Shown: in pieces, positions 33,048-45,700 of the stretch
Position numbering within the stretch: the first letter of the stretch is position 1
Layout of the letters: each line of letters opens with the position of its first letter
Assembly: GCA_937625935.1 (NCBI GenBank)
Contig: OW569348.1
Span: forward strand, 124,001 to 188,000
From: Tetramitus jugosus
Lineage: Eukaryota > Protista > Heterolobosea
Length of the DNA stretch: 64,000 nt
Direction: 5' to 3'
Made by a program: the position numbers and the translations under genes
Notes under the pieces: model-generated
What the model saw: only the letters and a program-made list of their open reading frames with translations
Told to the model about the DNA's origin: nothing
Database searches by the model: none

Positions 33048-35030
33048 ATGTCTCAAGACACAAACGCTGTAATCAGTCAACTTGAATCCTATTTGAAGTC
33101 ATTGCAAGACAATGCTGAACAATTGAAGAATGCTTCTGCTGATGATGCCGTTAAGCTTGCCTCTGAGCTCCTCTCCCAAGTCATTACTGTTGATGAGGAA
33201 TCATTCATCAACTCTGTGTTGGACGCTGCCATTGACAGTGATCAAGCAGAACAATTGTTTGAACAATTGTTGAAGGAGAGACCAATGACCAAGTCTAGCT
33301 CCAAGAAGTTGGGTGCTCGTGTCAAGGCCATGAAGAAGAAGAAGGAGAAGAAGGCTTCTCAACCAGCAAAGACGACTACTGCCAACAGTGGTGCATCCAG
33401 TGTCAATGAAGAAGACCTTGACCCATCCAAGTATTATGAAATTAGAGCAAGAACCATTAAGCAAATGGAAGAGAGTGGTGAATTGGATGCTTTCCCTCAC
33501 AAGTACCACACTGATACATCCATTCCTGCATTTGTTGAAAAGTATGCAAATGCTGTGGAGGCTGGATCAAGACTTGAAGGCAACGAACACGTGACATCAT
33601 TGGCCGGACGTATCATGACCAAGAGATCTGCCGGTAAGCTCGTCTTTTATGGATTGCAAGGTGAAGGAAAGACGCTTCAGATTTTGTCCGATGTGTCCTC
33701 TTATGAGGGTGGACAAGAAGCATTCACCAAGATTCACAACTTGTTGAGAAGAGGTGACTTGGTCGGTGTGCAAGGTTTCCCTGGAAAGAGTAAGGCTGGT
33801 GAATTGTCCATTGTACCAACCAAGTTGACTCTGTTGGCGCCATGTTTCCACATGCTTCCAAAGTCTCACTACGGTTTCAAGAATCAAGAGACAAGATATC
33901 GTCAGAGATACCTAGATCTCATTATGAACTTGCAGAGCAGAGACACATTTATCAAGAGAAGCAAGATTATTTCCTATTTGAGAAGATTTTTGACCAAGAG
34001 AGGATTCATTGAGGTGGAGACTCCAATGATGAACATGATTGCCGGTGGTGCCAACGCCAAGCCATTCATTACTCATCACAATGACTTGAACCTTGACTTG
34101 TACATGAGAGTGGCTCCAGAGTTGTATTTGAAGCAATTGATTATCGGTGGTATGGAAAGAGTGTTTGAGATTGGTAAGAACTTTAGAAATGAGGGTATTG
34201 ATATGACTCACAACCCAGAGTTCACTGCCTGTGAATTCTATTGGGCATATGCTGATTACCAAGATCTCATGACTGTCACTGAACAATTGCTCAGTGGTAT
34301 GGCACTCATGGTCAACGGTGTTGAGAATTATGACGATATGAGCGAAGAGGAGAAGGCAAAGATTCCTGAAGACAAGTTTAACATTACACTGAGATTGCCT
34401 CATCATGAAGAAGATACCATCATCTCCTTCAAGCCTCCATTCAAGAGAATTCCAATGATCAAGTCCTTGGAAGAACGATTGAACATTGTTTTCCCACCTG
34501 ATTTGGAGTCTCAAGAGTGCCAAGAGTTGCTCATGAAGGTTCACAAGGAGCACAAGCTCGATTGCGTGCCTCCTCTGACTGTTTCCCGTCTGTTGGACAA
34601 CTTGGTTGGTGAATTCTTGGAACCAGACTGTATTCAACCTGCTTTCATTACTGAACATCCAGGTCTCATGTGTCCATTGGCCAAGTGGCACAGAAGCGAT
34701 CGTCGTTTGACCGAGAGATTCGAGCTCATGATTGCTGGAAAGGAAGTCTGTAACTCATACACTGAATTGAATCAACCATTTGTTCAAAGAAACTGCTTCC
34801 AAGATCAAATGAAGGCTAAGGCTCTAGGTGACGAAGAAGCCAACGATATCGATGAAGATTTCTGTACTGCTCTAGAGTACGGATTGCCTCCAACTGCTGG
34901 ATGGGGTCTTGGTTTGGACAGAATGTGTATGATCTTGGCAAACAACTTCAACATTAAGGAAGTTATCTTGTTCCCTGCCATGAAGCCTTTGGATCAACCA
35001 AAGCAAGCAGCTCCAACTCAACAACAATAA
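33048..35030 (+). CDS. KARS1: Cytosolic class II lysyl-tRNA synthetase
   Basis: [11 protein letters not shown], motif 2 [15 protein letters not shown] and motif 3 [17 protein letters not shown]. Confidence 0.99.
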   Translation: MSQDTNAVISQLESYLKSLQDNAEQLKNASADDAVKLASELLSQVITVDEESFINSVLDAAIDSDQAEQLFEQLLKERPMTKSSSKKLGARVKAMKKKKEKKASQPAKTTTANSGASSVNEEDLDPSKYYEIRARTIKQMEESGELDAFPHKYHTDTSIPAFVEKYANAVEAGSRLEGNEHVTSLAGRIMTKRSAGKLVFYGLQGEGKTLQILSDVSSYEGGQEAFTKIHNLLRRGDLVGVQGFPGKSKAGELSIVPTKLTLLAPCFHMLPKSHYGFKNQETRYRQRYLDLIMNLQSRDTFIKRSKIISYLRRFLTKRGFIEVETPMMNMIAGGANAKPFITHHNDLNLDLYMRVAPELYLKQLIIGGMERVFEIGKNFRNEGIDMTHNPEFTACEFYWAYADYQDLMTVTEQLLSGMALMVNGVENYDDMSEEEKAKIPEDKFNITLRLPHHEEDTIISFKPPFKRIPMIKSLEERLNIVFPPDLESQECQELLMKVHKEHKLDCVPPLTVSRLLDNLVGEFLEPDCIQPAFITEHPGLMCPLAKWHRSDRRLTERFELMIAGKEVCNSYTELNQPFVQRNCFQDQMKAKALGDEEANDIDEDFCTALEYGLPPTAGWGLGLDRMCMILANNFNIKEVILFPAMKPLDQPKQAAPTQQQ

Positions 35031-35066
35031 ATTTATTCTTGAACTGATAAACCGAAGCATCGGTTA

Positions 35067-35080
35067 TTTTGGCGCCAAAA
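35067..35080. promoter_or_regulatory. TTTTGGCGCCAAAA 14-bp palindrome (double E2F-like site)
   Basis: Lies in the 95-nt spacer between the LysRS stop and the kinesin ATG at 35126. Confidence 0.55.
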
Positions 35081-35125
35081 AGAACGAACTGTCCCATTGC
35101 GGCAAGCTCAGAAAACACAGCACTC

Positions 35126-37583
35126 ATGCCCAAGTCAACAGTGAAGGTTATTGTGCGAACGAGACCAACATCTCAGTTTGCACACGATAATTTGGAAATC
35201 AAGGATGGAGCAAAGGTATTATCGAAGGTTTACTTTTCTTCGGCAGGTTTAGTTCGTGCCTAACATTTCCTTATCTTTTCGTATGACAGTCAATAGTTGT
35301 TAATCTTCCCAAAAGGGATAGCGTCTCATTCGTAAATAACCAAAGAGATAACTATGTTTTCAAGTTTGATGGCATTTTACACAATTCTTCTCAGGAAGCA
35401 GTGTTTGAAGAGTGCGCAAGAGAAATTACAGCCAATGCGATCGAGGGTTACAATGGTACGATACTTGCGTACGGCCAAACGGGAGCAGGAAAAACTTTTA
35501 CAATGGTAAGTGAAATCAATGTTGAAAGACTTTGCATTTCTGATCTAAGCTATAGTTGAATATGATATAGACAGGTGCCACTTCCAATTACAAGAAGCGA
35601 GGCTTGATTCCCAGAGTGATCGAACACGTATTTTATGAGGTGAACAACCGTCCAGAGAAATCGTTTCATATATCAATGAGTTATTTAGAGATTTACAACG
35701 AGTCTCTTTTTGATTTACTAAACGCCGGGAACATTAACGATATCGATCAAAGTGATTTGGAACCGAGTCAATCAGATGAATCAATTCAGATAATGGAGGA
35801 TTCTACGAATACTGTTTTTGTCAGAGGACTATCGAAACATACTGTCATGAACGAAGAAGAGGCACTGAGCCTGATGTTTGAAGGAGAGGCGAATAGAGCC
35901 GTATGTGAACATCAACTCAACAAAGCCTCTACGAGATCTCATTGTGTTTTTACCATTTACTTAGAGAGTAGAAGTAGGGTCGAGTCTGAAGGAAGAACGA
36001 CTATTTCAAAGCTGAATTTGGTAGATCTAGCCGGGTCAGAGAGAGTGGGAAAAACAAATTCTAATGGAGTTGTGTTGCGTGAAGCAATGTGTACGTAATG
36101 TGTAACATAGTTCTTTCTTGTCACATTCAAATTCAACTTGACAACTAACGAACACGAATAACAGATATCAACAAATCTCTTACTTTTTTGGAGCAGGTGG
36201 TCATTGCATTGTCCAATCCTTCGAGGGATCACATACCATATAGACAATCCAAATTGACTCATTTTCTAAAAGATTCACTAGGAGGAAATTGCAAGACTTT
36301 AATGATTGCAAATATTTGGGGCGAATCCTCTCAGATTGAAGAAACTCTATCGACACTTAAGTTTGCGAATAGAATGATGAGAGTATCCAATAACCCTCAA
36401 GTAAACGAGCATATGAATCCAGAGGCTTTAATCAAAAAGTATGAGAAACATATTAAAGATCTCAAACAAGAGTTGGCAATGTATGATCAGTTGAAAGGAG
36501 TTTCTCTAGTTAGCTATGACCCATACACTGACGATCAGAAGTTTGAGTTACGACAACAAGTTAGAAAGTACATAGATGATGAATTAGAGAGTTTAGAGGT
36601 ATTTGCTTATTGTTTTATCATTAACCTAACCTAGCAGTTAATCTTGACAAGTTTTTTAGATCAAAAATGTACGACACATTATTGAAATATTCATTGCTTT
36701 TAAAATCATTGTGAAAGAGGCAGAGTCCAATCGAGATATCTACGAGAGATCTCTGGCTGTGAGATCAAGAGTTCACAACCGAGAGGGTCAAAATCTTGAA
36801 TCAAGTCAATTAAGCCTTGATGAGGGAGATGGAGTAGGGGAAGTAGAACTCAGTCAAGGATTTGGCACAGGAGTTGCAATGCCAAGTACAAAGTACAAAG
36901 CAAAGCAGAGTCATAAAGAGGGTAAACAAGTGGGTAGCAAACCCGCTGTCGACACTCCCGTGGCACCACCTAAGACGAACAACATTTCAATCATCCAACC
37001 AATCACACCAATGGACAAAAGTGAAGCTTATGAGAAGTTTAAAATAGAAGATGGAAAGGAAGAGTTCGAAGGGTTAAGGGATAATACCGTGCTCTTGAAA
37101 GAAAAAAGACGGGGGTTGAAGGACACAATAGCTCAACTTAATGAAGCAAAGAAAAAAATTGAAGATTGTAAACAGAAGATTGAAGCAAAGAGAATGGAGA
37201 ATACTGGTAAAGATGATGACATTGTGGATCAGGAAGAAATGATGATATTTAACATACTTAAGGATGCAAAAACACGATACAAAGAACTATTGGAGGAGAG
37301 ACGGAATTCCAAGAACGAGATTGACTTCATCTCGAAGAGCTTGGAAACTACGCGCGTGAGATTAGTAAATCAATTTGAGGAGTGGTATGAACGTCAGTTT
37401 GGTGTTTCGATATCTCTCTCATCCCCAAATAGTGGACATGAGCCATTGAAGGATGATGATATCAATGAGTTTGAAACTAACACTGCCGAGGACCCAGAGG
37501 GTTATGCTTTCCACAGAGCGAGGAAAAAGACAAAACAACTTTCTGGTCGTGTAAAAATGCCACCAATAAATAAAAGGAGATAA
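35126..37583 (+). CDS. KIF9: Kinesin-9 (KIF9/KLP1-like), 5 exons
   Basis: P-loop GQTGAGKTFTM, FEGEANR, STRSH, LVDLAGSER and C-terminal EDPEGYAFHRARKK. Introns 35216-35289, 35506-35570, 36091-36164 and 36599-36659 all restore frame. Confidence 0.92.
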
Positions 37584-37590
37584 CAATATC

Positions 37591-40167
37591 TTAAGAGGTG
37601 TAGTGGTTGTCTTTACTCGATGTTGATATTAGAGAGTCATCCAACAAAATTTTCGTCCTACTCATAGCTAATCCAACAACCTTTGATGTTTTTGTACTTG
37701 TTAAGGTTCCATCTGGCTTCGCGTAAAGTGTTTGACCTGGAACGATATTGCCACCTAAACCACGGGAAAGCTGTAGTAGGCCCTTATGACAAACTGTGGT
37801 TGAAGATACGGATCCAAATGAGGAGGCACCTTGAGTACTGATTCCAAGAACAGTTATCCCTCCATGCCATCTGACACTTTCACTAAGAATTGAAAACTCC
37901 CCGGTATCTGATTTCAAAAGTGAAACTATGAGGAACTCGTTCCAGCATGAACGATAATAGGTTGGCTTTTGAATTATCATGGTTGATAATAAGCTATTGC
38001 CTCCATTTGTGATTGAGCCTTTTGAATGATAAGCATGCCGATACGGCAAAGAACATGACATTTGAGTTTGCTGAGACACTGCGCACATAGATGTATAGAA
38101 TTGTCCATCATTGTGGTAATTAATTGCGTACATTGTTTGGGAACAGTTGGAGGTTAGACACCCAATATCGCTCGCACTACTTAACAGTACAATCGCTTGT
38201 GGATCTACATCTTCACGAATGTTAACAAGTGCGCCCAGTGACTGTGGTTCATCACCAAGAACGAGTTGATTGTTATTGTTCATGTAGCCGAGAATAAAGT
38301 TTGCTCGACAATGAATAATAAACGAACCATCACAATCTGTTCTCAGTTGATAATTGTACTTTGCATTGTACGAAAAAATATCGGATCCAGCATAATGGGG
38401 ACAATTAATCATTTGTGAGTCAATCACTCGATACTTTTGATCGTATTCTATCGCATAAATATAACCATTCGCTACGACAAGCACATAAGAATCGGTCACG
38501 ATTGAAATATCTGCACTGTACAGCTCATCGTCAGTATCTTGTCCTGCATTCGTCAGTGATATTGTGCCATTTTTTGTCCATGTTCCATTAGTCGAATGAT
38601 ACGAAAACCAATCAACATTATAACGTCTATTATACTCACTGCCGTTCGGTTGATCGTACAGCACAAGGACACGGAATGGAGAAATGCAAACCATCTTTGT
38701 GGACCATATTCTCTCCTCTGTGTATACTGCCTTTGCTATTGTTGTGGAATTGGTATCGAACACGAATTGATCATTCTCGATATTCACTGTGATGAGTTTC
38801 AGTTGCATGACTTGCGATTCTTGGTCAATGAACGAAAACAAAATGGCCATCTCCGACTGGTAGACACTTGTCTCGTTCGATGAAGATTCTCTGTAGTTTA
38901 ATGATTGAACAGAGCGAATCTCAATAGATGACGTCTCAATCGATGACTCACAATGTCTTAAATCATCCATCATTTCACGATGATTATTCTTATTATTCTT
39001 GTTAGTATTAGAATAGGTATGCTCTCTCTTGAAAGCTCTGCGACTGCTTCTTCTTCTTCGTTGCCGCTCTGTCGATTGATCAAGAGTGGATCGAGAGAGA
39101 GGCCTCACATAGATGCAACCATCTGATCCACTGTAGACCATGAATGACGAATAGTAATAATTCTTTTGATTGTTGGCAAATGTGCTTGTGTTGTTGTCCC
39201 CATTGGATTCAAACGGAAATTGAATCAAGTAGCTCGATGTGATATTGCAGTTGGTAATCTCAGCAGCAGCAACATGACTACTACTCTCACCATTCTCCAT
39301 ATTCCAATAGCGCAACACCATATCATCATCCATTGTTGTCTTTCTGCCATAATCCATAATAGACTCTTGTTGCTGTTCATGCTTATAGATGGGACTGATG
39401 GAAAGCCATTGCATCGATTCGGTATCAAATGTGGCTGCACCCTGTCTCACCACTCCATTCACACTGCTGACAATAGAGTTGATTTGAACATTGTGATTGA
39501 GATCAATGGACAATCGTGACTCAAAATAGTTGTGATAGGGATAGAGAACGAGATAGAGCAACAAAGAGACACAAATGCCCAGAACGGTCAACATGGTCAA
39601 CCACAGTAGAACAGTGAGCATGAGACCAAGTGTCAACTTTGTGGACAATCGACTCAATCTCAATGAAAAAATCTCTCTCAACAATCGATCACCAGAGCTC
39701 GTTGTGGTGGTTGCTGCTGCAGTAGGGGTCGCAGGTGCACTGTTCGAATGATGAACACTGTTGCTGCCGTATTGGACGTGAGAAGTGGAGACGAGCAGTG
39801 GTGGTTGGTGGTGGTGGTGGTCTTTGGCAGAGGAGGAGGAAGTGGTGGAGCTGTTGCTGTTTGAGTGAGGACGAGTTGTTACTGCAGTCGTGGTGGTTGT
39901 TGCTGCTGATGATGATGCTGATGAAGTGGTAGTAGTAGTAGTCGATTTCTTATTGTGAGTTGCGGAGGATGACTTTTTGTTGCCGCCGCTGGTAGCTTCC
40001 GAAGAAGAATGGTTCCCAAGAAGGGGAGTTGAGGCTGTTGTGGATGGCATGGCGGTGGTTCTTGGAGAAACAAGGCTACCCTTTGTGTTTTGCTTGCTGC
40101 TCTTGTTATTGTTGTTGTCTGACGATGATGTTGGTGATGTGTTTTTTTTAGCTTTGGTAGTCGTCAT
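37591..40167 (-). CDS. Uncharacterised membrane protein: low-complexity N-terminus, long hydrophobic segment, large N-glycosylation-site-rich beta domain
   Basis: Long ORF with first ATG at 40167; hydrophobic LTLGLMLTVLLWLTMLTVLGICVSLLLYLVLY. Confidence 0.75.
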   Translation of the reverse strand: MTTTKAKKNTSPTSSSDNNNNKSSKQNTKGSLVSPRTTAMPSTTASTPLLGNHSSSEATSGGNKKSSSATHNKKSTTTTTTSSASSSAATTTTTAVTTRPHSNSNSSTTSSSSAKDHHHHQPPLLVSTSHVQYGSNSVHHSNSAPATPTAAATTTTSSGDRLLREIFSLRLSRLSTKLTLGLMLTVLLWLTMLTVLGICVSLLLYLVLYPYHNYFESRLSIDLNHNVQINSIVSSVNGVVRQGAATFDTESMQWLSISPIYKHEQQQESIMDYGRKTTMDDDMVLRYWNMENGESSSHVAAAEITNCNITSSYLIQFPFESNGDNNTSTFANNQKNYYYSSFMVYSGSDGCIYVRPLSRSTLDQSTERQRRRRSSRRAFKREHTYSNTNKNNKNNHREMMDDLRHCESSIETSSIEIRSVQSLNYRESSSNETSVYQSEMAILFSFIDQESQVMQLKLITVNIENDQFVFDTNSTTIAKAVYTEERIWSTKMVCISPFRVLVLYDQPNGSEYNRRYNVDWFSYHSTNGTWTKNGTISLTNAGQDTDDELYSADISIVTDSYVLVVANGYIYAIEYDQKYRVIDSQMINCPHYAGSDIFSYNAKYNYQLRTDCDGSFIIHCRANFILGYMNNNNQLVLGDEPQSLGALVNIREDVDPQAIVLLSSASDIGCLTSNCSQTMYAINYHNDGQFYTSMCAVSQQTQMSCSLPYRHAYHSKGSITNGGNSLLSTMIIQKPTYYRSCWNEFLIVSLLKSDTGEFSILSESVRWHGGITVLGISTQGASSFGSVSSTTVCHKGLLQLSRGLGGNIVPGQTLYAKPDGTLTSTKTSKVVGLAMSRTKILLDDSLISTSSKDNHYTS

Positions 40168-40515
40168 GATTAGCTCACCGTGTTGAATGAAAAGAAGGAG
40201 ATACGAGCTCACAAGTGATACTAAGATCTAATCTGTTTGTGTGAAAGGACAACAAATCAAGATGTCCTCCACTCGCTACGGATGATCATGAATGTCCCCA
40301 ATGATGAGTCCAATTCGCCATGCAGGTTCCATTCCAGACATTGCCACCTTTTTGATTTCTCGCTAGAATCTTGAACATTCAACCAAGTGGATATTTGTCG
40401 CGGTTACAAATCTTTCTCTTCCATGTGAATTTCTCCTCCTCCCAACAAACAACACGAAAAAAAAAGCAACACCTGTGCACGACAAGAACGTACCATAAAT
40501 CACTCAAACGAAAAA

Positions 40516-40915
40516 ATGAAGAAGTCTGAAATTTGCATGATGGGTTCGTAATCTCCAACAATGTTGATATCTACTTTTGTGACCGGTGGTAATGATACTG
40601 ACAAACAATATTCTCCTTCTTATCTTTCCATATCTGATTGATTTCAACTTGTTTTAACAAAAAACAGGCGGTGGTGCTATTGCTGTTTTTGCTGCTTTTA
40701 GTGCAGCTATCCTCGTATTCTTTGGAGGATGCATCTTGGGAGACACTCTTCCATTCCATTTGATGTTCCACAATGAAGATCACAACAGAAAGGCTAAGGG
40801 ATGGGGTGTTATGATTGCTGCCGCTATTTATGCAGTTGCATGTGCAATTGGTGTTGCTATGACTTTTGCTGGTAGAGCTTTGGCAAAGAGAGAGGAACAA
40901 CAACTACAGCGATAA
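40516..40915 (+). CDS. V-ATPase subunit f / RNASEK-like two-TM protein (91 aa), absent from the ORF track
   Basis: Exons 40516-40543 and 40668-40915 (intron GTTCGT..AAACAG) give MKKSEICMMGGGAIAVFAAFSAAILVFFGGCILGD...GWGVMIAAAIYAVACAIG... The IAAAIY motif resembles RNASEK IAAGLY. Confidence 0.7.
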
Positions 40916-41069
40916 ATACCTTGATTTGTCTCTAGAGACGTATATTGCATCATTTGATGAGGCGCCCATTGTGTGAGCTTTTATTGCGAGCGTCTGATCC
41001 CTTCAGAGAGTAGACAGATAACATGTTTGTGCAAACAAACAAAAGTAAACACTTTGAACCAGTTTTTTT

Positions 41070-42725
41070 TCAGGAAACAGCTTTATTCCGCGATGATTCG
41101 ATGAATTCTTTAGTTTGTTGCAGTGAGGTATATCTGTGATAGTTGATTGGATAGAAGTTCCTAGTTCTTGTTGTCTTGGTGTTGTTAAAGTTTGAATCTG
41201 TGTCTGTAGTTCGATTCTGATAGCTGTCCATGTTTTGTTGAAAACGTAGTTGATTCATTGCCAGGCTCATTTGAATTAGGCCGAGTTCTCTTCTGTACCA
41301 ATCGTTAAGAGACAGTTGATACATTTGAATGAAGCGAGAAGTGCTGCTTATGTCTGTTGGAGAGAAACCAATCGTCTGTTCTAGAGCTGCAAAGTAGGAA
41401 GGAGCTTCCTGTTTAGGCACGTCACTGACAGTGTTTCCAAAAGTCATAAACTTACTAAAAGATGGAGGTTCAGTTTGGGTGGCTCCTTCGGAGAGAACAA
41501 GAGTGGGACTGATGGTCTGTGTTTGTGTCTCAACGTAGTTCGGAAAAAAACTGTTCTCAGGCGTCAAGTTTTCGAGCTCGGTTTGAGTGCAGCAATCTGC
41601 TTTCAGAGAAGTTGCTGCTGTTTGATCATTAGAAAGGGAAACATTAGAAGCTTCAGGAATGTGACCTTGTGATACGTTTCCCGAGCCGAGGAGCTCCTCT
41701 TCATTGAGATCTTCCAAATTGTCGAACTCATCTTCGAAGTCTGAAAACTCAGTCTCCAACGTACTGTATGTTACATTTTGTGCATATGGTTTGATTTCGG
41801 AGGTTAAAGCCGAAGTATCTTGTATTTCGGCCAAAAAGTCCTCATCTAACTCCTCCAACTCTTCTTCAAACTCTTCTTCGATAATCGATTCTTCCTCATG
41901 CTCATACTCTTCTAACACTTCCGAATATTGTTCAGATGGGACACTGTCTTGGACAGAATCCTCATGCTGCCGGTATCCAAGCGAGTGATCAATGTTGTCC
42001 ACATATTCGGATATTTCCTCAATATTGTGAGAAAACACTGATGATTCGCTCGCAATCGACTCTGTGAGTGATTGTTCAATAACAACAGAATTCTTTCTTA
42101 ATCGTAATGAATCATCCATCTCTTTTTCTTGCAGAAAGCTGCTGTAGGTTTCAAAACTACCAAAAATATCCCTATGATCGATAGCTGTCTCGATTGTTGA
42201 CACAGAATTATTCGACTGAATCAGATCGTTGACACTAAATCGAACGTTCTTAAGAATATCCTCAGAAGATGATGAGTTGTTATCTTCATCCATAGGAAGT
42301 CGATCAAGGACAACATCACCACTATTCCGAATGGGAATAGTGGAGCTCGAATTGAAAACTAAACTGCTACGATTAGATAACACATCATCTGAGTCAAATG
42401 ATTCACTCATATCTTCCCAAGCTTTGGTCTTCTTGAGAGAGTTTGTTTCATAATGAGCCCAGCGAGAGGATTCAGCTGGAATTTGCATCGGAGGAGCACT
42501 CATACTGTTGGAGGCGAGCCTTTGAAGAAAGTCAGCACTAAAGTTCAAATTTGAACTTCCCAAAGTAGGGTTCATAACCGAACTGTTGTTTCTAGATTTC
42601 ATTTTGTTGTATGGATCATTTTCAAAGAAATCATCATTCGTAATCTGAATCCCAATATCTACCTCCTCCAGAATCTTTTTCGATGATGTTTTCCTGCGGG
42701 TACTGGCTGCTCCCTTTTTCTTCAT
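41070..42725 (-). CDS. DUF4614 / C19orf44-like protein
   Basis: Acidic disordered body; C-terminal RRELGLIQ...HRYTSLQQTKEFI resembles the DUF4614 terminal YTTLEETKEYI motif. Confidence 0.6.
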   Translation of the reverse strand: MKKKGAASTRRKTSSKKILEEVDIGIQITNDDFFENDPYNKMKSRNNSSVMNPTLGSSNLNFSADFLQRLASNSMSAPPMQIPAESSRWAHYETNSLKKTKAWEDMSESFDSDDVLSNRSSLVFNSSSTIPIRNSGDVVLDRLPMDEDNNSSSSEDILKNVRFSVNDLIQSNNSVSTIETAIDHRDIFGSFETYSSFLQEKEMDDSLRLRKNSVVIEQSLTESIASESSVFSHNIEEISEYVDNIDHSLGYRQHEDSVQDSVPSEQYSEVLEEYEHEEESIIEEEFEEELEELDEDFLAEIQDTSALTSEIKPYAQNVTYSTLETEFSDFEDEFDNLEDLNEEELLGSGNVSQGHIPEASNVSLSNDQTAATSLKADCCTQTELENLTPENSFFPNYVETQTQTISPTLVLSEGATQTEPPSFSKFMTFGNTVSDVPKQEAPSYFAALEQTIGFSPTDISSTSRFIQMYQLSLNDWYRRELGLIQMSLAMNQLRFQQNMDSYQNRTTDTDSNFNNTKTTRTRNFYPINYHRYTSLQQTKEFIESSRNKAVS

Positions 42726-42785
42726 CTCTTGTTTTGGGCGGGTACGTAGTTTGATGTGGCGCGAAAAATCACCAAGATTTATTGC

Positions 42786-45700
42786 TCACTGACTACGAGA
42801 TGCATTACGGCTTGTGTCAACGCTGAAAGATCTAATATGAGTTCGTCTCTTTGCTGATGTCGGGGATAGACCGATTGTTGACGGTGTGTCAATAACCTCA
42901 TTGATTACATCCTCCGATAAGTTCAGGGGGTGCTCTTCTCTAGGAATCACGACATCCGCGAATCTCGTTGTAGCCACCTTCATTTTGGATGAAACACAGT
43001 TCATTACGTCGTACAATCGTTTATGATTTCCAACCACATAGAACCTATCTTCGGAGCATAATACTGTATTTGTCTCTGGATGTGTATACACGTATTCCAA
43101 CCGATTAGAATTACCGAGCACATGTTTTGGACGATACAAACCAAGACATATAGAGTCGTGCCTGTAGAAAAATAAAAAGGCATCATGGAATGTTTTGCCT
43201 GCGAGTTCTTCAGGACAAGAGATTTGGAAAATGGATGATTGATCTTTGGCCAACAGACCAGAGAATCCACAGATAACTTCGATCGTACCAACAATCCTCG
43301 AGTTATAGTAAGTCTGGCAGAGTAGTCGAGCAAAAATGGAGTTTGGAAAAACTCTACCACTCGAAAACACTTCAGATATCATACACATTCTTTCAAATCT
43401 CTCAGTTTCATCATCCACAATAGCTTCACTGGTTACGGAGTCTAGCACATTAATATATTTTGAGAACCTTTCTCCGGTATATGCTGTCGACGGCTTAAAG
43501 AATTTGATATTACTCTTGTTGCTAATCTCACATAAATATCGCGTCTTCTTTTCAATCCACCTTAAACCTAACATACACTTGACAGCCTCTGAATCCTCAG
43601 GCAAGCCATCTTCGGAGAAGTCTGATAAATAAAGAACACAACTTGCATCAGCAGCTCCAGCTTTTCTTAAATCATATCGCTCTGTTGGAGAGCCTTGCAT
43701 AAAGTATACGTGATCGAAGAATTTCAACCTCTCGTACAAGAATGGAAGCAGGTTTTCATCTGGAGATAGAAATACGATAGGTGCAAACTTTTGATGAGTA
43801 GAAGATCGTAATGTTAAGCTGATATAGGCAGATCCTTTGAGGGACCCAGTGACAATCACATGATTGGACAATTGCTGGTTCTTCAGTACGAAGTCATCCA
43901 TACTTCGCGCAACATGCAGCAGGTTAAAACTTTCCAATGCTTTTCCAAAGAATTTCTTCTCTGTATCGTCTCTAAATCCTCTCATAGTATTGGGTAGTGC
44001 ACCAGAGGTTGTCTTGTTTTTCGCTCCAAAAAAGTTCTTCACGTCAGCAATTGGAGCAATGTGTCGAAGTAAGCGATTCACTTGCCTTTGATTGATCATA
44101 TCATTCGCGATTTTTGATCGAGTTGTGGATGCCTCTTTCCCAGATAAGTCCTCCATACTCCTGTCATGCCTTATCATTCTCGATTTTCTCTTGTCGACGT
44201 CACCTGGCTCCTCACGGCATAACTCAAACTCATTTTGTTCGTTATAAAAGAAATAATCGTCCTCTTCGACCTTACCCTTCTCTCTATCATCATCGAGGGT
44301 GTTAATGTTGGCACTTGCGACATAGGGACCAGAATGTTTGTGAATCGCAGTAACATCAAAAGATGTTCTTTCTGGCTCTTGTATGTTCACAATCTTGTCA
44401 CACTTGTACAGATTAATCAGTTGAGCCTGGAATATACTCTCAGCTATTACAATAGCTTGATCACCTTCTTTGATCAAATAGTCAGACGGATTCATTAGTA
44501 CACATTTCTTTTCTTCAGAAAAGACTGCGAAGAGAATCATTTCCAGCTCTTGATAAGCGCTGAGTGAAGCGTCCAGAAACAGTGTATCAACAAAGTAGGG
44601 CGAGAAAACCACCATATAAATTTCCTTTGAGGTACCAGCAAAGTATTCATACATCCACCGATCTGACTCTTCAGCTTGTTTGTGCTTCAATTTTCGTTCA
44701 AAGATCTGCATTGGGTTGCGTACAGCAACAGATGTCACCAGATTGGACACTAGGGTACACAAGCCAGGACAAACCACAGACAAAGCCATCAGTTTTTGTT
44801 TCAAATCCTCAGTACACACAACAGAGGATGCACCTGCTTGAACAATAAAGTTTTTGCTTTCGGGCAGAATAGCTTGTGCGAAAACATCGAGCTTGGGATT
44901 AAAGTTTTTCACAGCCAGAGTTATCATCAGTGTATTTGTGTCTTCAAGACGCGGATTTGCTGAATTATGTTTTGTTAGGACGAAGACACCTAGTGCATTA
45001 TGAGCTTTCACTAGTGTTAATGTTTCAAAGTCCACGATATCACCATTATAAACACTGACACGAGTTGAGTAATATGGATTATCGGCCATACTCTGTAAAT
45101 GATCACAGAGCTCCTTATCGCGAAACACAAACAGTAGTTTCTTTGGCTTTATCTTTCCATGTTGCTCGTGGAAGAATTCTTTTGTGAATTCGACAACTTC
45201 TGCATATCTACTCGTACCTGTCACAATCATATGATTCTTCAATTTCATATTTAACCATTTGAAAACATTTTCTTTTGCTGTCACAATATTAAAGATCTGA
45301 GTGGTCTGATAGGGAATAACAATGACACCAATGACGAAAAACAAAATGACACAGGCTTTTCCATATATGCTCTTGGGGGATATGTCTCCATATCCAATTG
45401 TTGTCATTGTCACCCATATAAAGTACACTGCATCATGGAAATACAAATTCTGACTCGTAAAATAGTTTTCCACAGTTTGAATCAAGCTCGCAAACAAGAA
45501 GATCAAGCTCAACAATGTCAACACCAGAATAAATACTTGTCTGTACACGTTACGCATGCCATACACGGGATATGCCTTCACAACGAGCAACAACCGCAGC
45601 AATCTAAACACTCTGAACACACCAATCACCGTCGTAATATAATTCTTGGGCATGGAGAAAATGAGCACATACATGAGAATAATGGGCAACACGGTCACAT

